Positions 12,101-24,244 of a stretch of 64,000 nt of DNA are shown here, piece after piece (position 1 is the stretch's first letter; every line of letters starts with the position of its first letter). The stretch covers positions 62,001 to 126,000 of the forward strand of contig KZ538020.1 in assembly GCA_000934665.2 (NCBI GenBank). Direction: 5' to 3'. Position numbers and translations under genes: made by a program. The notes below the pieces were generated by a model. The model was given only the letters and a program-made list of their open reading frames with translations. It searched no databases and was not told the origin of the DNA. The stretch comes from Catajapyx aquilonaris. Lineage: Eukaryota.

Positions 12101-15100
12101 GTTCAAACGCCCTTCTCTGCTGGGCCCTGTGCGAGGCCTCCCATTATGAAGAGAGGGGGGAGGGGGGAGGGACAGAGTGGGGGGGAGGTAGTGGGAGGCA
12201 GAAATAGTATTGGCTTTCTCCTCTCTCAATAGCCCAGAGATGATGCTTCTGCCTCACAGCTATAGGAATTTTGAAACGTTATCGCCATCCGACAAATGCT
12301 CTCTGTTCTGCAAAGGGGGAGTAAAAAACAAAATCTAGTCAGACACGCTAAAAAAAAGTGGCAGCTTGGGAGTTGCAACTGGATCTCCAAATGAGAATTC
12401 AGACTCCTTTTTTATATCGTATTAGTTTCCTAGCACCGACGTCATTACCAGAGAGAGGCCTGCTGGCAAAGTGTTGCACTTCTTCCGCGACAACTTGACA
12501 GTCTTGCAATTCAAAGACAGTCGAGGAATTCGCCGCCTGTAATTGCTCCATTTTATTGCAGATCTCACAGCAACACAAGCACCAATCTGATCCCTGCCAG
12601 TATCCATCCGTGCCCAACAGCAGAACGCCATCGGGTGCTTTTCCTTTCTGCACGAATCGTCTCCGGTGGCTCGTTTCCTTCCGATGCAGCCTCATCCTGA
12701 AGTCGACGCAACCCCCATTGCATTCATATAATTTTGCCCATACTTTCTCCATAAGGTTCCTGGAGGATCTTGAACGTGGTTCCAAAGTCTAAAGTCTGAC
12801 CTTCTTTAGCATGCCCCGCATTTGCTGTGCCCCAAATAAAGATTTACGATCAGATAAGGTCCAAAGTAAGTAGTTAGTACGATCACAAAAAAATGCCCTT
12901 CTCGTTCGCGGTGAGGAAATATGGGCGTAGAAAGCTAGTATTCAATAGGAGGCGGCGAGGTACGTTACCAGCAAGAGTCGCGATAATTACGCCTTAAAAT
13001 AAAAGTGTTTTCCCAGCGAGCAATGTTTCTGGCCGACCTGCGCCATTTCTGGACGCATAAAAAGAGCGTAAGGAATAGGCTTCGAGTTGGACTGTAAAAC
13101 GAAACGATCCTTTTGCTTGGCACCTGCTAGGGGCCTAGTGGACTGCCAAGATCGCCCCTACGGAGTCGTAAGGAGCACGTGAGCATAACACCCAAGTCAG
13201 CCTCTTTTCCCACCACCTAATGGCCACTAAGCTGGGAATGCCGCACGTACCGCATTAGGCATAACGGCAGCCATCTTACCCCTCCATTCCCCGACACCCT
13301 TTCGCCTCTACAATTACTCTGATTAACGTAGACGACCGCCCGAATCTAACTACTTTTCCGCACGAAAATCGCGCCATTGGATTTTTCCCCCCCTCCATTC
13401 CGGATAAAGGTGAAAAAGTCATCTAGCCGTGCCTACATCGCACCACTGCTGGGATGGCCTTTATACCAACAGTTGTCTCACAGCACCTGGTGCATCAATT
13501 TGCATGGTCATATTCTTAGGTTGAGGCTAACCACGACACTACTTGATTTTCTGATAATTCGTAACGATGCCCAGCAATGCAAGAGTTTGGCAATTCCAGA
13601 GTGAGTGACGGCATCCCCCCTAGGCAAAGTGGATGCAGAGTGGACCGGGCAAATCCCTCCTTAATCCACCTCCCCCGCAAAGAGACGGAAGGCATTTCCG
13701 ACTGGCGTGTCTTAGGAAAAGACGACCGGCTCGCCTCCCTAGTGATGGCAACTGAATCCCTGATTCGGAAGCGTAAAAAGAGCGGCCTGCAGGAAGGTGT
13801 AAAACATTGTAATGCGCGATGCGACGCGGCCCATTCCTCCTATATATTCGCCAGGCAGAAAAGGAATGGAAGCCACTTGGACTTAACTCCCTTCCTCAGC
13901 ATGCAAGGAACATGGGGAATAGAATAATATCCGCGAGTATCGCTGCGGCCCAGCGGGCATCCCGCCACCAATGGCTTCTGGATGAGCACAAGAGCTGCTG
14001 TATGCCGTCGGAGAGCATCAATCCCCCCCACCCCTCCTACCACCCGCCCTACCTCTCAATGCCTCTTCTGCATGCCGTATGCAAACTCCACATTTGGCAG
14101 TCTGTATCAGTCCGTGGGCGGGAACGGGCTTTGCTCTAGCTTCTGCTTTGCCAAAGCCTCTCTCTTCCACTATTGCCAACTTCCATCAGTTCTTTGTCCA
14201 GGGATTTGCGGCCTTCGACACCTTCCACGACACTTGCCGCATCGGAATCCTCAGCAAGTTTGCTGAGGTCAGGCTCATCTATTGTGACCGCTGACTACAC
14301 CTAACTGCGATAAGTGCCAAAAAATTAAACCATCTACGACGAGTTCCCGTACCAAGTAATGTCATCCTATTTGCAAAAAATTACAGCGTTAAATAGATAT
14401 CATTTGAAAATATAGGCGTTAATATTAGACAAGCCATTCCTGGGCACGGGCAGATAGCAGCAGCGCATCAAAGTCCCAGAAGCCATTGTGCCCGCTGCTC
14501 TCTCCAGAGAACACACCAAGCCAATGTGTGTAAATGGGCAGGCCCAAGTTGTGAATGTAATCACAAACTTTTGCAATATTCGAGTAGTTTGGCAATTAGG
14601 CCTTACACTCGGACCTTACTTGCCTAACCGCGTTTCCCTTGTTGCTTCCGCCCCATTTCTCAGCCGATTCGAGTAGACAAAGTCACTTCCCACCTGCGCA
14701 TTTCCACGTTCGCCGCCGCCGCCGCTTCATTTTTTTCTGTTCCACCACTAATCTGTTTTGTTGTCTCTGAGCAAACTTTTAAATTATTACGGCCAGCCCC
14801 TCATAAATCCAACCATCTTATCAGAAAAACGTTAATGACATTTCTGGAGCCACAAATTCCCGACAGAGGGCAACACTGCACTAGTGACATCTACCGGAAC
14901 TGATGTAATTACACGTATTATTTTCTTAAAATCACGCTAAGAATGTTATTTAGAGCAAAACAGTCCCCTGCCCTACTAAAAAGAAGAAAAAAGTGCACGT
15001 AACGGAGAAGTTGGTAGTGAGTTGGTCCTTCAAGCCCCATCCATATCCTCCCCCCGCCCATCTTCCCCTCCTCCTCCGCTCTCCCGTTTCATCTCCCAGA

Positions 15101-15849
15101 AAGACAATTTAGATATTCTTTTGTGAAAGGAGGAGGAGGAGGAAGGGGGGGGGGGGGTTGGATATATATTTTATGCATAAGCAGGCCCCGCGTCCCCTGT
15201 CGCAATCGCGAGGCAACTCCGATCCGGGCCCCTATAGCCAAATCACTCAAAATCAAGCCCGCTTCCACCGAGGCCCTTCCTCGCCAAATGTAAAACTTTA
15301 TAACCGTGGGCTATTGGTTTTAACCATTAAAAATATACAGCCATGCATATCAATTTGGGCCGGCAGCACACAGGGAGGCTATAAAAATCAAGCCGTCCAT
15401 ACGAATTGGACCGTATAAATGCGTGAAGACAAAGCAAATATGGCAATATCTATGTTTCCGGAGAGAAGGAGGGGTGGGTATAGGGTGGGTTTTGGCTGGG
15501 GCCATAAGGCAGATGGGGCGGTGGGGGGCGGCGGAGAGGGGCGGGGGGCTGTAGGCGGGAATTCTGGCGGTGCAGCCGCAACAAGAACGCCACAGGGGAC
15601 CTTCTTTCTCTCTCTGTATATGTATGCATCTCCGAGGCGTCTCCGATGCGCTGCCACATAAAGAAAGGGCCCGATGTCTCCCACTCTCTTTGCAAATGTT
15701 GCGGCTCTTTTCATTGGACCTGGGCTGTAGGCTCTACACCTGCCTTGTCAACTTCTGAGCTCGTCTGTTGTCATTACGGGGTGTTGCAGAATTATAAAGT
15801 GGCACGTGCTCACGTGGAAAGTCTGAGAACACTGATCACGTGATTTGAC

Positions 15850-16391
15850 CAAGGGGTTAACCACTCGACTGTAAAGTGTACACTGGAGTACCAAAGAGTG
15901 AAGTACCTAAGGACTACCAAGGAGTACCAAAGAGTAAAGTACCCCTAAGGCAGTGGTTTCCAACCTGGGGGTCGCGCGCCTTGGTTCAACTTTTATTTTT
16001 GAAATTTTTGTGTAAATTGAACCATTTTTGCGGCCGTACAGAGTGTATGTTTTCTGGAAATGGGTCAGTTGTAGAAGGGGCCGGGGGGGGGGGGGCTCAC
16101 ATTTATGGAAACATGTTTAGGGGGTCGCAGTTGGTAAAAGGTTGGAAACCACTGCCCTAAGGAGTACCAAGGAGTACCAAAGAGTAAAGTACCCCCTATA
16201 AGGAGTACCAAGGAGTACCAGAGTAAAGTACCCCTAAGGAGTACCAAGGAGTACCAAAGAGTAAAGTACCCCTAAGGAGTACCAAGGAGTAAAGTACCCC
16301 TAAGGAGTACCAAGGAGTAAAGTACCCAAAAGGAGTACTTGAGAGTACCACTTTAGGAGTACACCGGAGTACCTAAGTGATTAACCCCTTG
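15850..16391. mobile_element. Non-autonomous DNA transposon with 8-bp TSD and an internal minisatellite
   Basis: TIR CAAGGGGTTAA[C/T]CACT at both ends and TSD GATTTGAC (15842-15849 and 16392-16399). The interior consists of GGAGTACCAA / AGAGTAAAGTACCCCTAA units. An 8-bp TSD suggests the hAT or P superfamily. Confidence 0.85.
15951..16154. mobile_element. hAT (Charlie-type) MITE nested in the element above
   Basis: Perfect 16-bp TIR CAGTGGTTTCCAACCT, 8-bp TSD CCCTAAGG with central TA (15943-15950 and 16155-16162), and subterminal GGGGTCGC motifs. Confidence 0.92.
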
Positions 16392-17864
16392 GATTTGACC
16401 CTCACATGTGAAACTTGCAATGGCTGTACACCAGTCCAAAGCTTCCAAAAAACAAATGAACTCTATGAACCTGTCACTTAGATCCTGCTAGATACACTTC
16501 CCTCCACACACATATTGTCTGGAAGCCCCATTTTGTCATGGCGTTTCAGCTTTTCCTCCCGAACAAATCCATGAATTACGACACCCCCTTAATTACAGGC
16601 GCGTCCTGGATATAGCCAATGGCATAAATCGCCGATCCGGTTCCTGCGACACATCCGCATTAGGAGCGTTGACAAGCCGTCTATTTCTGTGCGGTAGCAG
16701 GACAAGGAGGTGGCTGTTGTGCGTGCGTCATTGAAACTGGAAGACGTACAGGAGCAGATAGGTGGGTGCAGTCAACTCGCTCGGTCCCGCATCATTTGAG
16801 TGGATAAACGGCCCGCCGATCGCTACCAGCCTCTCTCCCCTTTTGTTTCACCCACTCTATTTCCACTACATTAACTCTCCTGTGAGCCCCCCGTTGACTT
16901 GGGGCAGGAAAAGGACGCTTTGACATCCGCCACTAAGTCATCCCAGCCCCCGACGTGTCTCCGCTGCACGTGTGCCAAAGCATGCCGCCTCTTGTCACCG
17001 GTCCTGTGCACCTTGTTGTCTCGCTCTTGACGGCCAAAAATTCTTCCCATTGCTTCATCCCCATGGTTGGAACACTTTAGATCGCGAAAATCGTCCTCAT
17101 CCAGGAACAGTGAGTGACGCTTGGAGTTCGGAAGCAGGCTGCGAACGGGATTGAAGGGGACAGATTGGCCCTAAGAGGCGGACAATGTGTCGCGTTGGCT
17201 GTCCCATCAGTCAATCCCACCGGATTGATCTCGGTCCCCCTTTCCCTCTCTCTTTCTCTCTTCCCTGGGAGAAAAAAAGAAGAAGAGGAAGGGCTCGAGG
17301 CCAAGATAGTTGCCCCTGGCTGAGAAGCGCCGCTAGCTATCTCCAGCCCATCGGCGCCGTCCTACTACAGCAAACAGCAATAAAACACGGGCAGGCGGCG
17401 TGTAATGCGCCTTCGATGTCCCTATAAATATCCGCCTTTTTGATTGGGTGCCGGCGATCGAGGAGGTGACGGCGTTGGCGCCAACTCGGGAATCCGCATC
17501 TGCACAACGGGATTGGGACCATCCCTCTCCAACTTTTTGCTCAATCATGGAATCATTCAGAAAAAAAATATTGGCCCCAAAAATTGCAGACCGTCTGAAC
17601 AAAAGGGCAGAAAAATTGGCATAAATCTCGGATATCCGGGAAGAAATGGCTTCACTCGACCTATAATGTAAGCATTGGAAGGCTAGCAGGCTGTGTTAAT
17701 TCCAGCTAGCCTCAAGCAAAGGCTGGTACAAACATAAGTTACAGTATATACAACTGTGTAGCCTTTCCCGACGCTCTACCTGCGAGCATACCTATCTAGC
17801 CACAATACATGAGTTCAGCCTAATTTTTCAGTCTAAAAATTAAAGTACAGGAATGTTAGCACTC

Positions 17865-17956
17865 TATTTCTTTGAGCGTATATGCTACATGACGATATCA
17901 GGTGTTCATGAACACCTGATATCGTCATTTATGTAGTATAGACGCTCAAAGAAATA
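17865..17956. repeat. Palindrome with a spacer-less perfect 40-bp core
   Basis: ATGACGATATCAGGTGTTCA|TGAACACCTGATATCGTCAT (17889-17928), with outer arms TATTTCTTTGAGCGT..ACGCTCAAAGAAATA. Confidence 0.9.
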
Positions 17957-18641
17957 ACTTGTATCATTTAATTCTTAAGATATTTATATGCATATCAGCT
18001 GCTCCTATAATTATGCAGTCCAACATACGTGTCCTTTTGCCACGACGCTCCACAATTGGCCAGTTTTCCCCTTGCAAACGCGATCCGCATCTAAGAGTTG
18101 GCCTGAGGCCATGCCACCTCACTCCTGGTGGCTGGCTCCAATGAATCCCTCTCCTGCCAAACCCCTTCCAGAACACTTTGGCCACGTCTTGCGAATATCC
18201 TCCGGCGCATCACTCATTCTCCGCACCTAACTACCATGCACCAAGCCAGTAGTGTAAACATTCCTTATGGAATCCGTGCCCAGGTTGGCAAGACGCTAAC
18301 CTAGGCACTTGGAGAGAGACGATGTTATTTGCCTCTAGCAAGGCGCCTTCTGCACCGAATTAATCAGGTATTATTGAACAACAAGCAGTCGGCTTGACTG
18401 CAGAAACACTTTGGCTGCGAGCCCTTAAAACAGCAGGCTCATTTGCTGGTCTGGAGTCCTCGCAAAGTCGTTTTTCTTCTGGTGAGAGCGTAATTGCGTT
18501 AACATGCCGCTCGTACACAATCGGGTTACTACAAGGGGTGACCTCTGACTTGTCGTTTTGTACGTGATTATTGCATCAAACACGAGAAAGATTGTGCGAA
18601 TAAAATAATGTCAACAACTCTACAAAGAATTAGCGAATCTA

Positions 18642-19204
18642 CACTGTAAATCATATATACCGATTCGTGTACCAATATTAATGGACCGATTTGGAGGGGG
18701 TACGAGTATATTTTGTGATCAACAACCGTCTACAGTACTGACTTGTAGACAGTCTACCTTTCAAATGTACTGACGATGTACCATTTTCAGGTCAGTACAT
18801 CTGATGTACTATGGGGCTCAAATTGTTTTTGGCCACTTTATCCTGGTCTTGAAGCAACCCTTCACACAGACACACTTGCTCACCGTGGGGCCTGTGCGAA
18901 GGGTTGCTTCAAGACCAGGATAAAGTGGCCAAAACAATTTGAGCCCCATAGTACCATTCAGGTCAGTATATCTGAACGATGGGCTGTCTACAAGTCAGTA
19001 CTGTAGCCGTACCGGTATTTGTTGATTACAAAATACTCGTACCACTTCCAAAACGGTAATTGATATCCAAGAGGGTACATCGTGATGTACCAATTCATGT
19101 ACCTACTTGGACGTCAAAAACCATTGATCGTAGACGGTACTTGTTGATCAGAAAATACCACCTCCAAGTCGTTACATGAATCGTTATATGTATTTTTTTT
19201 TGTA
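18642..19204. mobile_element. Degenerate foldback DNA element with a CACTGTAAA terminus, hosting a family A MITE
   Basis: Starts TA|CACTGTAAA. Left arm (GGTACGAGTA..GATCAACAA..CTACAGTACTGACTTGTAGACAG) pairs with ~18984-19057. A related fragment lies at 39611-39715. Confidence 0.65.
18809..18951. mobile_element. Palindromic MITE family A, copy 2 (intact)
   Basis: GTA|CTATGGGGCTCAAATTG..CAATTTGAGCCCCATAG|TAC; near-perfect foldback with TA flanks. Confidence 0.92.
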
Positions 19205-22200
19205 GGAAAATGCTCCATCTGATGGTAGCAATTCATTTTCCCACATATTCAAACATGAGGTATTGAATTTTCGCGGCAAAAAACGCGCAATTAGCTGAAG
19301 CACGACGAGAGTGGATTATTGAGGCTGACCAAGCAGCGTGGGTCAGCAGGAAGCCAAATGCCAGGAAACCCCTTTGACAAAGTACAAATCCCCGCAAAAT
19401 CCACCGACGCCATATAAAAGGGCGCGTGCTTATGAAAATCCTTTTGGAAGAGAGGAGGGGGGCCATCAGATAAGAAGGAAAGAAGAGTGCCGGCGACATG
19501 ATCGGAGGGAGGGAACCATCAGGCGGGCTCTAGTGCGGTCCGCTGACGCATACATGATCGTAAGTTCATAAACCGTGCCGATACGGCCCCAAAAGGATCC
19601 TTACAAAATGATATACTGCACCGGTGGTCTTTTTCAATTTGTCGAGTTGTTGTCAAACGCGGTTATTGATCTATACAATCGCCTATAGATAAATACTTGT
19701 AATTTCCTAAATGGACTGTGGTTACCACGGAAACAAAGCTTATTCCCTAGAAGGAAACGGCAGGTCCCTGGAGAAACCCACGTCTTTGTATTTACATTTA
19801 TTGGTTTGGGATTGATGAAAGCCGGGCTGTGGCCTCCGGGGAGTCGCCTCACTCGCTCTCATCATCGTCATCATCATCACGCCTGCACGTGACTCAATTC
19901 TACCCCGGCCACGTTCCTCCGGATGAAGCGCTATTGCTAAAGGTTGCCAATATGATTGTATTCGCTAGAGACCGGTCGATATACGCTTCAAATTTTTCGC
20001 TCCCGGATTTTTATGTCTTCAGCAGAGTTGTCGGTTCTATTATGAAACACCCCCTGAAAAAATGTTAACAATCTTTGTCAGCTGAGTAGCTGACCAGCAA
20101 ACTTTTGTAAAGTTTGGATGTTTGGAACCCAGTGAGGCGGAAGATGCCCCAAACGATCCGAACCCGAGTTATGTAATGAATCGCAAGAGGGAGGCTGAGG
20201 TGAGGGGAGGTAAGGGAGGGAGTGAGGCGAAGGTGGGGGGGAGTGGGCCTTGTTGAGCTTTGGTTTGCACACGTCATGCTTACACTGGCCTTTCTCCCTC
20301 CCTGCCTGCGCTGCAAAGAGGATTAGGCTCCCTCGCCCAGACTAAGTCCTCCGTCAACAATCAATTTTGAAACAAAAGTCGATCCAAAATGTTGGGATAA
20401 AGTTGATGTCTAGGGCGAACGCCCAGCTGAGGCTTTGCCCGCTTTTCCCCCTGCTGCCCACAACTACAAGATATGGACCTGCTGCAACTTTGTGCATGCG
20501 ACAGTTTGACTCGCTTTAACGATTGGTTGGTTTATCATGGATGGCTCCTTGTGTCCATGTCAGAGAAAGATGGGAGGAGGGTGCCCGCATGGTCGTATAT
20601 CTCTCTCTCTCCTTCTTGCGCCCTCGCAGGGGCAAGGGCAGGGCAGAAGGTTGGACAGCCATCCATCCATCCATTGGGCAAAGGTAAAGGGCGGGCTCTT
20701 TGGTCTTAATCCTGCAGGGTGGACAGACCTTCTTCCTTGCGTCCTCTTATTCCCTCCCCAGCATGCAGGAGCTTTGATTCCATTTGCACTCGCTACTTTG
20801 TCTCTAGCCCTAGGAGTGGGAGGTGTCCCTTCTCCCCCACCCCCCTCTTCCTCCTCCGTCCTTCTACCCCCACCCACCCCCACCCAACCAGGCAAGCAAC
20901 CATCCAGCCAGCCAACCTCCATCAGCAAGCTCCCCCTGTTTCTGTGGTGCGCCCGCATCAATATGCAAATCAGCGCGAGAGAGGGGGCCAGCGCAGGTTC
21001 CTCTATGGAGCCATTAGAGGGCCCGAGCAACTGACAGAAACGGAACTACTGGGGATACAGCAATAACGAGTCCCCGTACGAACGGCTCGGGCGCATGTAT
21101 CAAAGCCCTGATGCGGATATACAATAATAACACGTAATGCAAATACGAGTCGTGCATTAAGGGGGTTGGGAGGGGGTGGGCGGAGGAGGTGGGAAGGGTG
21201 GGGGAAGGGGGGTGACGCCCTCTCCCTGTCCCCACTATACCCCACCTCCCTCGCCTCGTTCTACCCATCCTGGCTTCATCAGTGTTTCATGACGGCTATA
21301 CGCTGTTATAAGTTACCTTTGAAGGGGAGGCTAGGCGCTAAACCACAATGGATGGCAGCGTGGCCATGAACGTAAACCTAATGCAGGGCCCTGAATAAAT
21401 AATATTAGGCTCCTCTTCCCCGACCGTTCCCCGCCAAAAATAGTGTAAATAGATAATGCTGACTTTGCCTAATGCCTCGCCATCAAACATAACAACACTC
21501 AGCCTCCGGTCCAAAGCAGAAGGAGACACAGAGAGAGAGACACACGGAAAAAAAATGGGGATGATGGGCCTGAGGGTTGTACGCTGGACAAAGGAATCCC
21601 AACCTTTCCACGGCTTCTCGTCTTCAAATTCAATCCCCACTCCATTTTCTCCAGCCTCAGACCTCGCCATTGAATTATCATATCCAATATGTGTCTTCTT
21701 TGCAGGAACTGAAAAGGAATTTTTAAACATCCCTTTCCCACAAACCCCACATTCGGGTCACCTAAAAGCACTCCATCTCTCAAGAAATGTACAAAACTAC
21801 AGGCTGCAACAAATGTCCTCTCTCGAAATAAAATAATCGAGCATGGTTAGGCACTAATGAGAATCCTTGTCGCGAAAACCGAGCAAAGCTTCGCGGTCAC
21901 CGGTTAACCAACGGCTGTGATTGAAAAAAGGCTCGACTTAATTGCTAATCCCTGGTTTTTTTTTCTCTCCCCTACTCTCCACCCCGCCTTCCCCCCCTCC
22001 AGTTGGGGACCCGGGCGTACAAAAGCACGCTCAAGATCCAATTCCAAGATAGGTGAATTTATACCGGAAGCCAGTGTGGCCCTATTGTGCGGTGATTAAA
22101 TTCGCATTAACTTGGTCCGCGAGGCCCATTTGAAGCCATCCCGACATCAGCAGCACATGCAGGGCCCCCTATACCTCTTTTGCCTAGCACTCTCTCGACA

Positions 22201-22414
22201 TAATTGCTGCCCAATATAGGGAAGTTCATCCGCGGCAATCCGGCAGTGACTCGATTTTTCTAGGGAGCGAGTAAATATTTGAACGCGGCTGGGGACAAAA
22301 TAGATACATCACTCTGGTTGGTTGCTGGGTAGGTGGTTACTGGGGCTATTAGGCCTGGGGTGCCAATTGGACACGCTCATTTGTCTGATCAAATGAAATA
22401 AGAAGAGGGAAAAA

Positions 22415-22460
22415 CGTGTGGTGACTGTGGCGGACAGCGGTCCACCACAGTCACCACACG
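22415..22460. repeat. Short hairpin
   Basis: CGTGTGGTGACTGTGG pairs with CCACAGTCACCACACG, with further imperfect inner pairing. Confidence 0.75.
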
Positions 22461-23917
22461 CGTGACATTTCGCCGCCTTACCACCCTCAAAATTTGTGTA
22501 AAAAATATTGTTTCATCTCTTCCTATTATATGTTTTGGAACACCCGGCTTCTAAGCATATTTTGCGCATCTCTGGCGTACTCTGATTCAGAGCTGCCCTG
22601 AGATCTCAGCGCATTTGTCGCCCTTTTGTTTTTCGCTCAGAGCCATTCGCACGGCATTTATCACAGGTTAATAAGTCTGCTCTGGGAATTGCTTTATGTC
22701 AAGCTCCAGCAACCTTTCGGGAGGCCTCAGACAATCAGATACCTACTAGCAAAAAAAACAGCACAAAATGTTGTGGGGATAAATGAACAATCGCAATTAG
22801 CCCCCTACACTCTGAAAGGTGCCATTATTATTAATCTGGAGGGAAACCACAGAATAAAATCCGGGACCGGCCTGAAAGGACTCTAGGCACTTGTTTTATT
22901 AATCAAGATCCGACCCGGATAGATATGTGGGACCGCTGCCCACGTGACTGAATAATAACTTCCCCCTGATGCTGGGCGTGGAAACAACCGATGGGCTCGT
23001 AAACAGAGCCAAATTTATTATTAGAAGACACAAATTGAAATGCATGACTTGTAACTAGGGATGAGCGTGCGGAGCAGCATGTTTCAGTTACCCGCCCCCC
23101 AGTCCTCCCCTATACCCCCCCTCCCAAAAAAAATTTCGGCAGCAATGTGGGTATAAGTGGGCTAATTGGCAGAGAGTGCAAAGGGCAGAAATGAAGTGTA
23201 GCAAAGCGGATGGGGAGAATTGGCACGTGACGTGGACCACCCCGCATCAAGTTATAGAGCCAGGTCCTCTGGGTCCATCCCAGCTTTTATAAATAGTGCC
23301 TTTGTGGCAGCGGATTACAAAAATCGCGGCTTGGATCGGCGTAATGAGCTATTAGGGGGATTCTTGGCGCCGCCGACTTGTGTGCCACTAGACCGAAGTG
23401 CCGCGCTCCATCCCGCCACCAGATGACTACTCTATAGAAAACCTTTTTCTTCTTGATGCCATCTGTTTCCTTTGCAGTCCATCCCCTACTGCCAATCAGC
23501 TTGAGTCTGGGGTTGTATACAGGCACTTCAGCGCGTCTCCTGTACACCGGTTGGCCAGGGCCTTTTCCAGCTGCTTGAGATACATCTGATTCATCTGATA
23601 GCACAATGGCAGCAGAAAGCGAGGCTGTGCGAAACTTTATGCCGTCAAGATCCTTTCGCGTATAACTGTCACGGTGGAGAGTACATCTTGCACAGAATGC
23701 AAACACACTGAAAAGTAGGCTCTCATGCCATGGCTGATATATTTAGCCAGTCACTGTCATATAGGCAACATAGTGTACGGTACATAAATAATATTCACAA
23801 AACTGGAACGACAAGCACAATTCGAATGGGCTGTGTAAATAAAAATATTCAGCAAGGACCAAGCATATTTTTGCATTTAAATTTTATAGCAGCCAATAAA
23901 GGTGTTCATAATATATA

Positions 23918-24244
23918 CAGGGTGTTTCAACTTTTTTGTCCGAACAGTTATCGGAAAATTGCACGTAGCTGCTACTTTGTAAGCAGTGACTTGCAATAGG
24001 TCATTTGTCGGAGGAATGGGGAATTGGGGAAAAAGAGGGTCACACACAAGTCACACATCCCATGGCATGTGTGACCCTCTTTTTTCCACGTTTGAGCCTC
24101 AATTTTCAGCGGGCAGCACGTATGGCACTTCAACCTACGATTCGCAGGGAATATTCCCCGTTCCTTTGAAAGTCACTGCTTACAAAGTAGCAGCTACGTG
24201 CAATTTTCCGATAACTGTTCGGACAAAAAAGTTGAAACACCTTG
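23918..24244. mobile_element. Tc1/mariner-type MITE, family D
   Basis: Long TIR (CAGGGTGTTTCAACTTTTTTGTCCGAACAGTTATCGGAAAATTGCACGTAGCTGCTACTTTGTAAGCAGTGACTT) with TA on both flanks. A second, inverted copy lies at 47448-48109. Confidence 0.92.

Noticed and set aside
12399..12785. 128-aa minus-strand ORF, possibly a TE relic
   Set aside because: Only faint RT-like words (DGVLLL, LSLNCKT) in different frames; not enough to call.
4069..16391. CRISPR-like appearance of the short repeat arrays (4069, 8374, 15875-16375)
   Set aside because: The units are head-to-tail with no unique spacers, there are no cas genes, and the context is eukaryotic.
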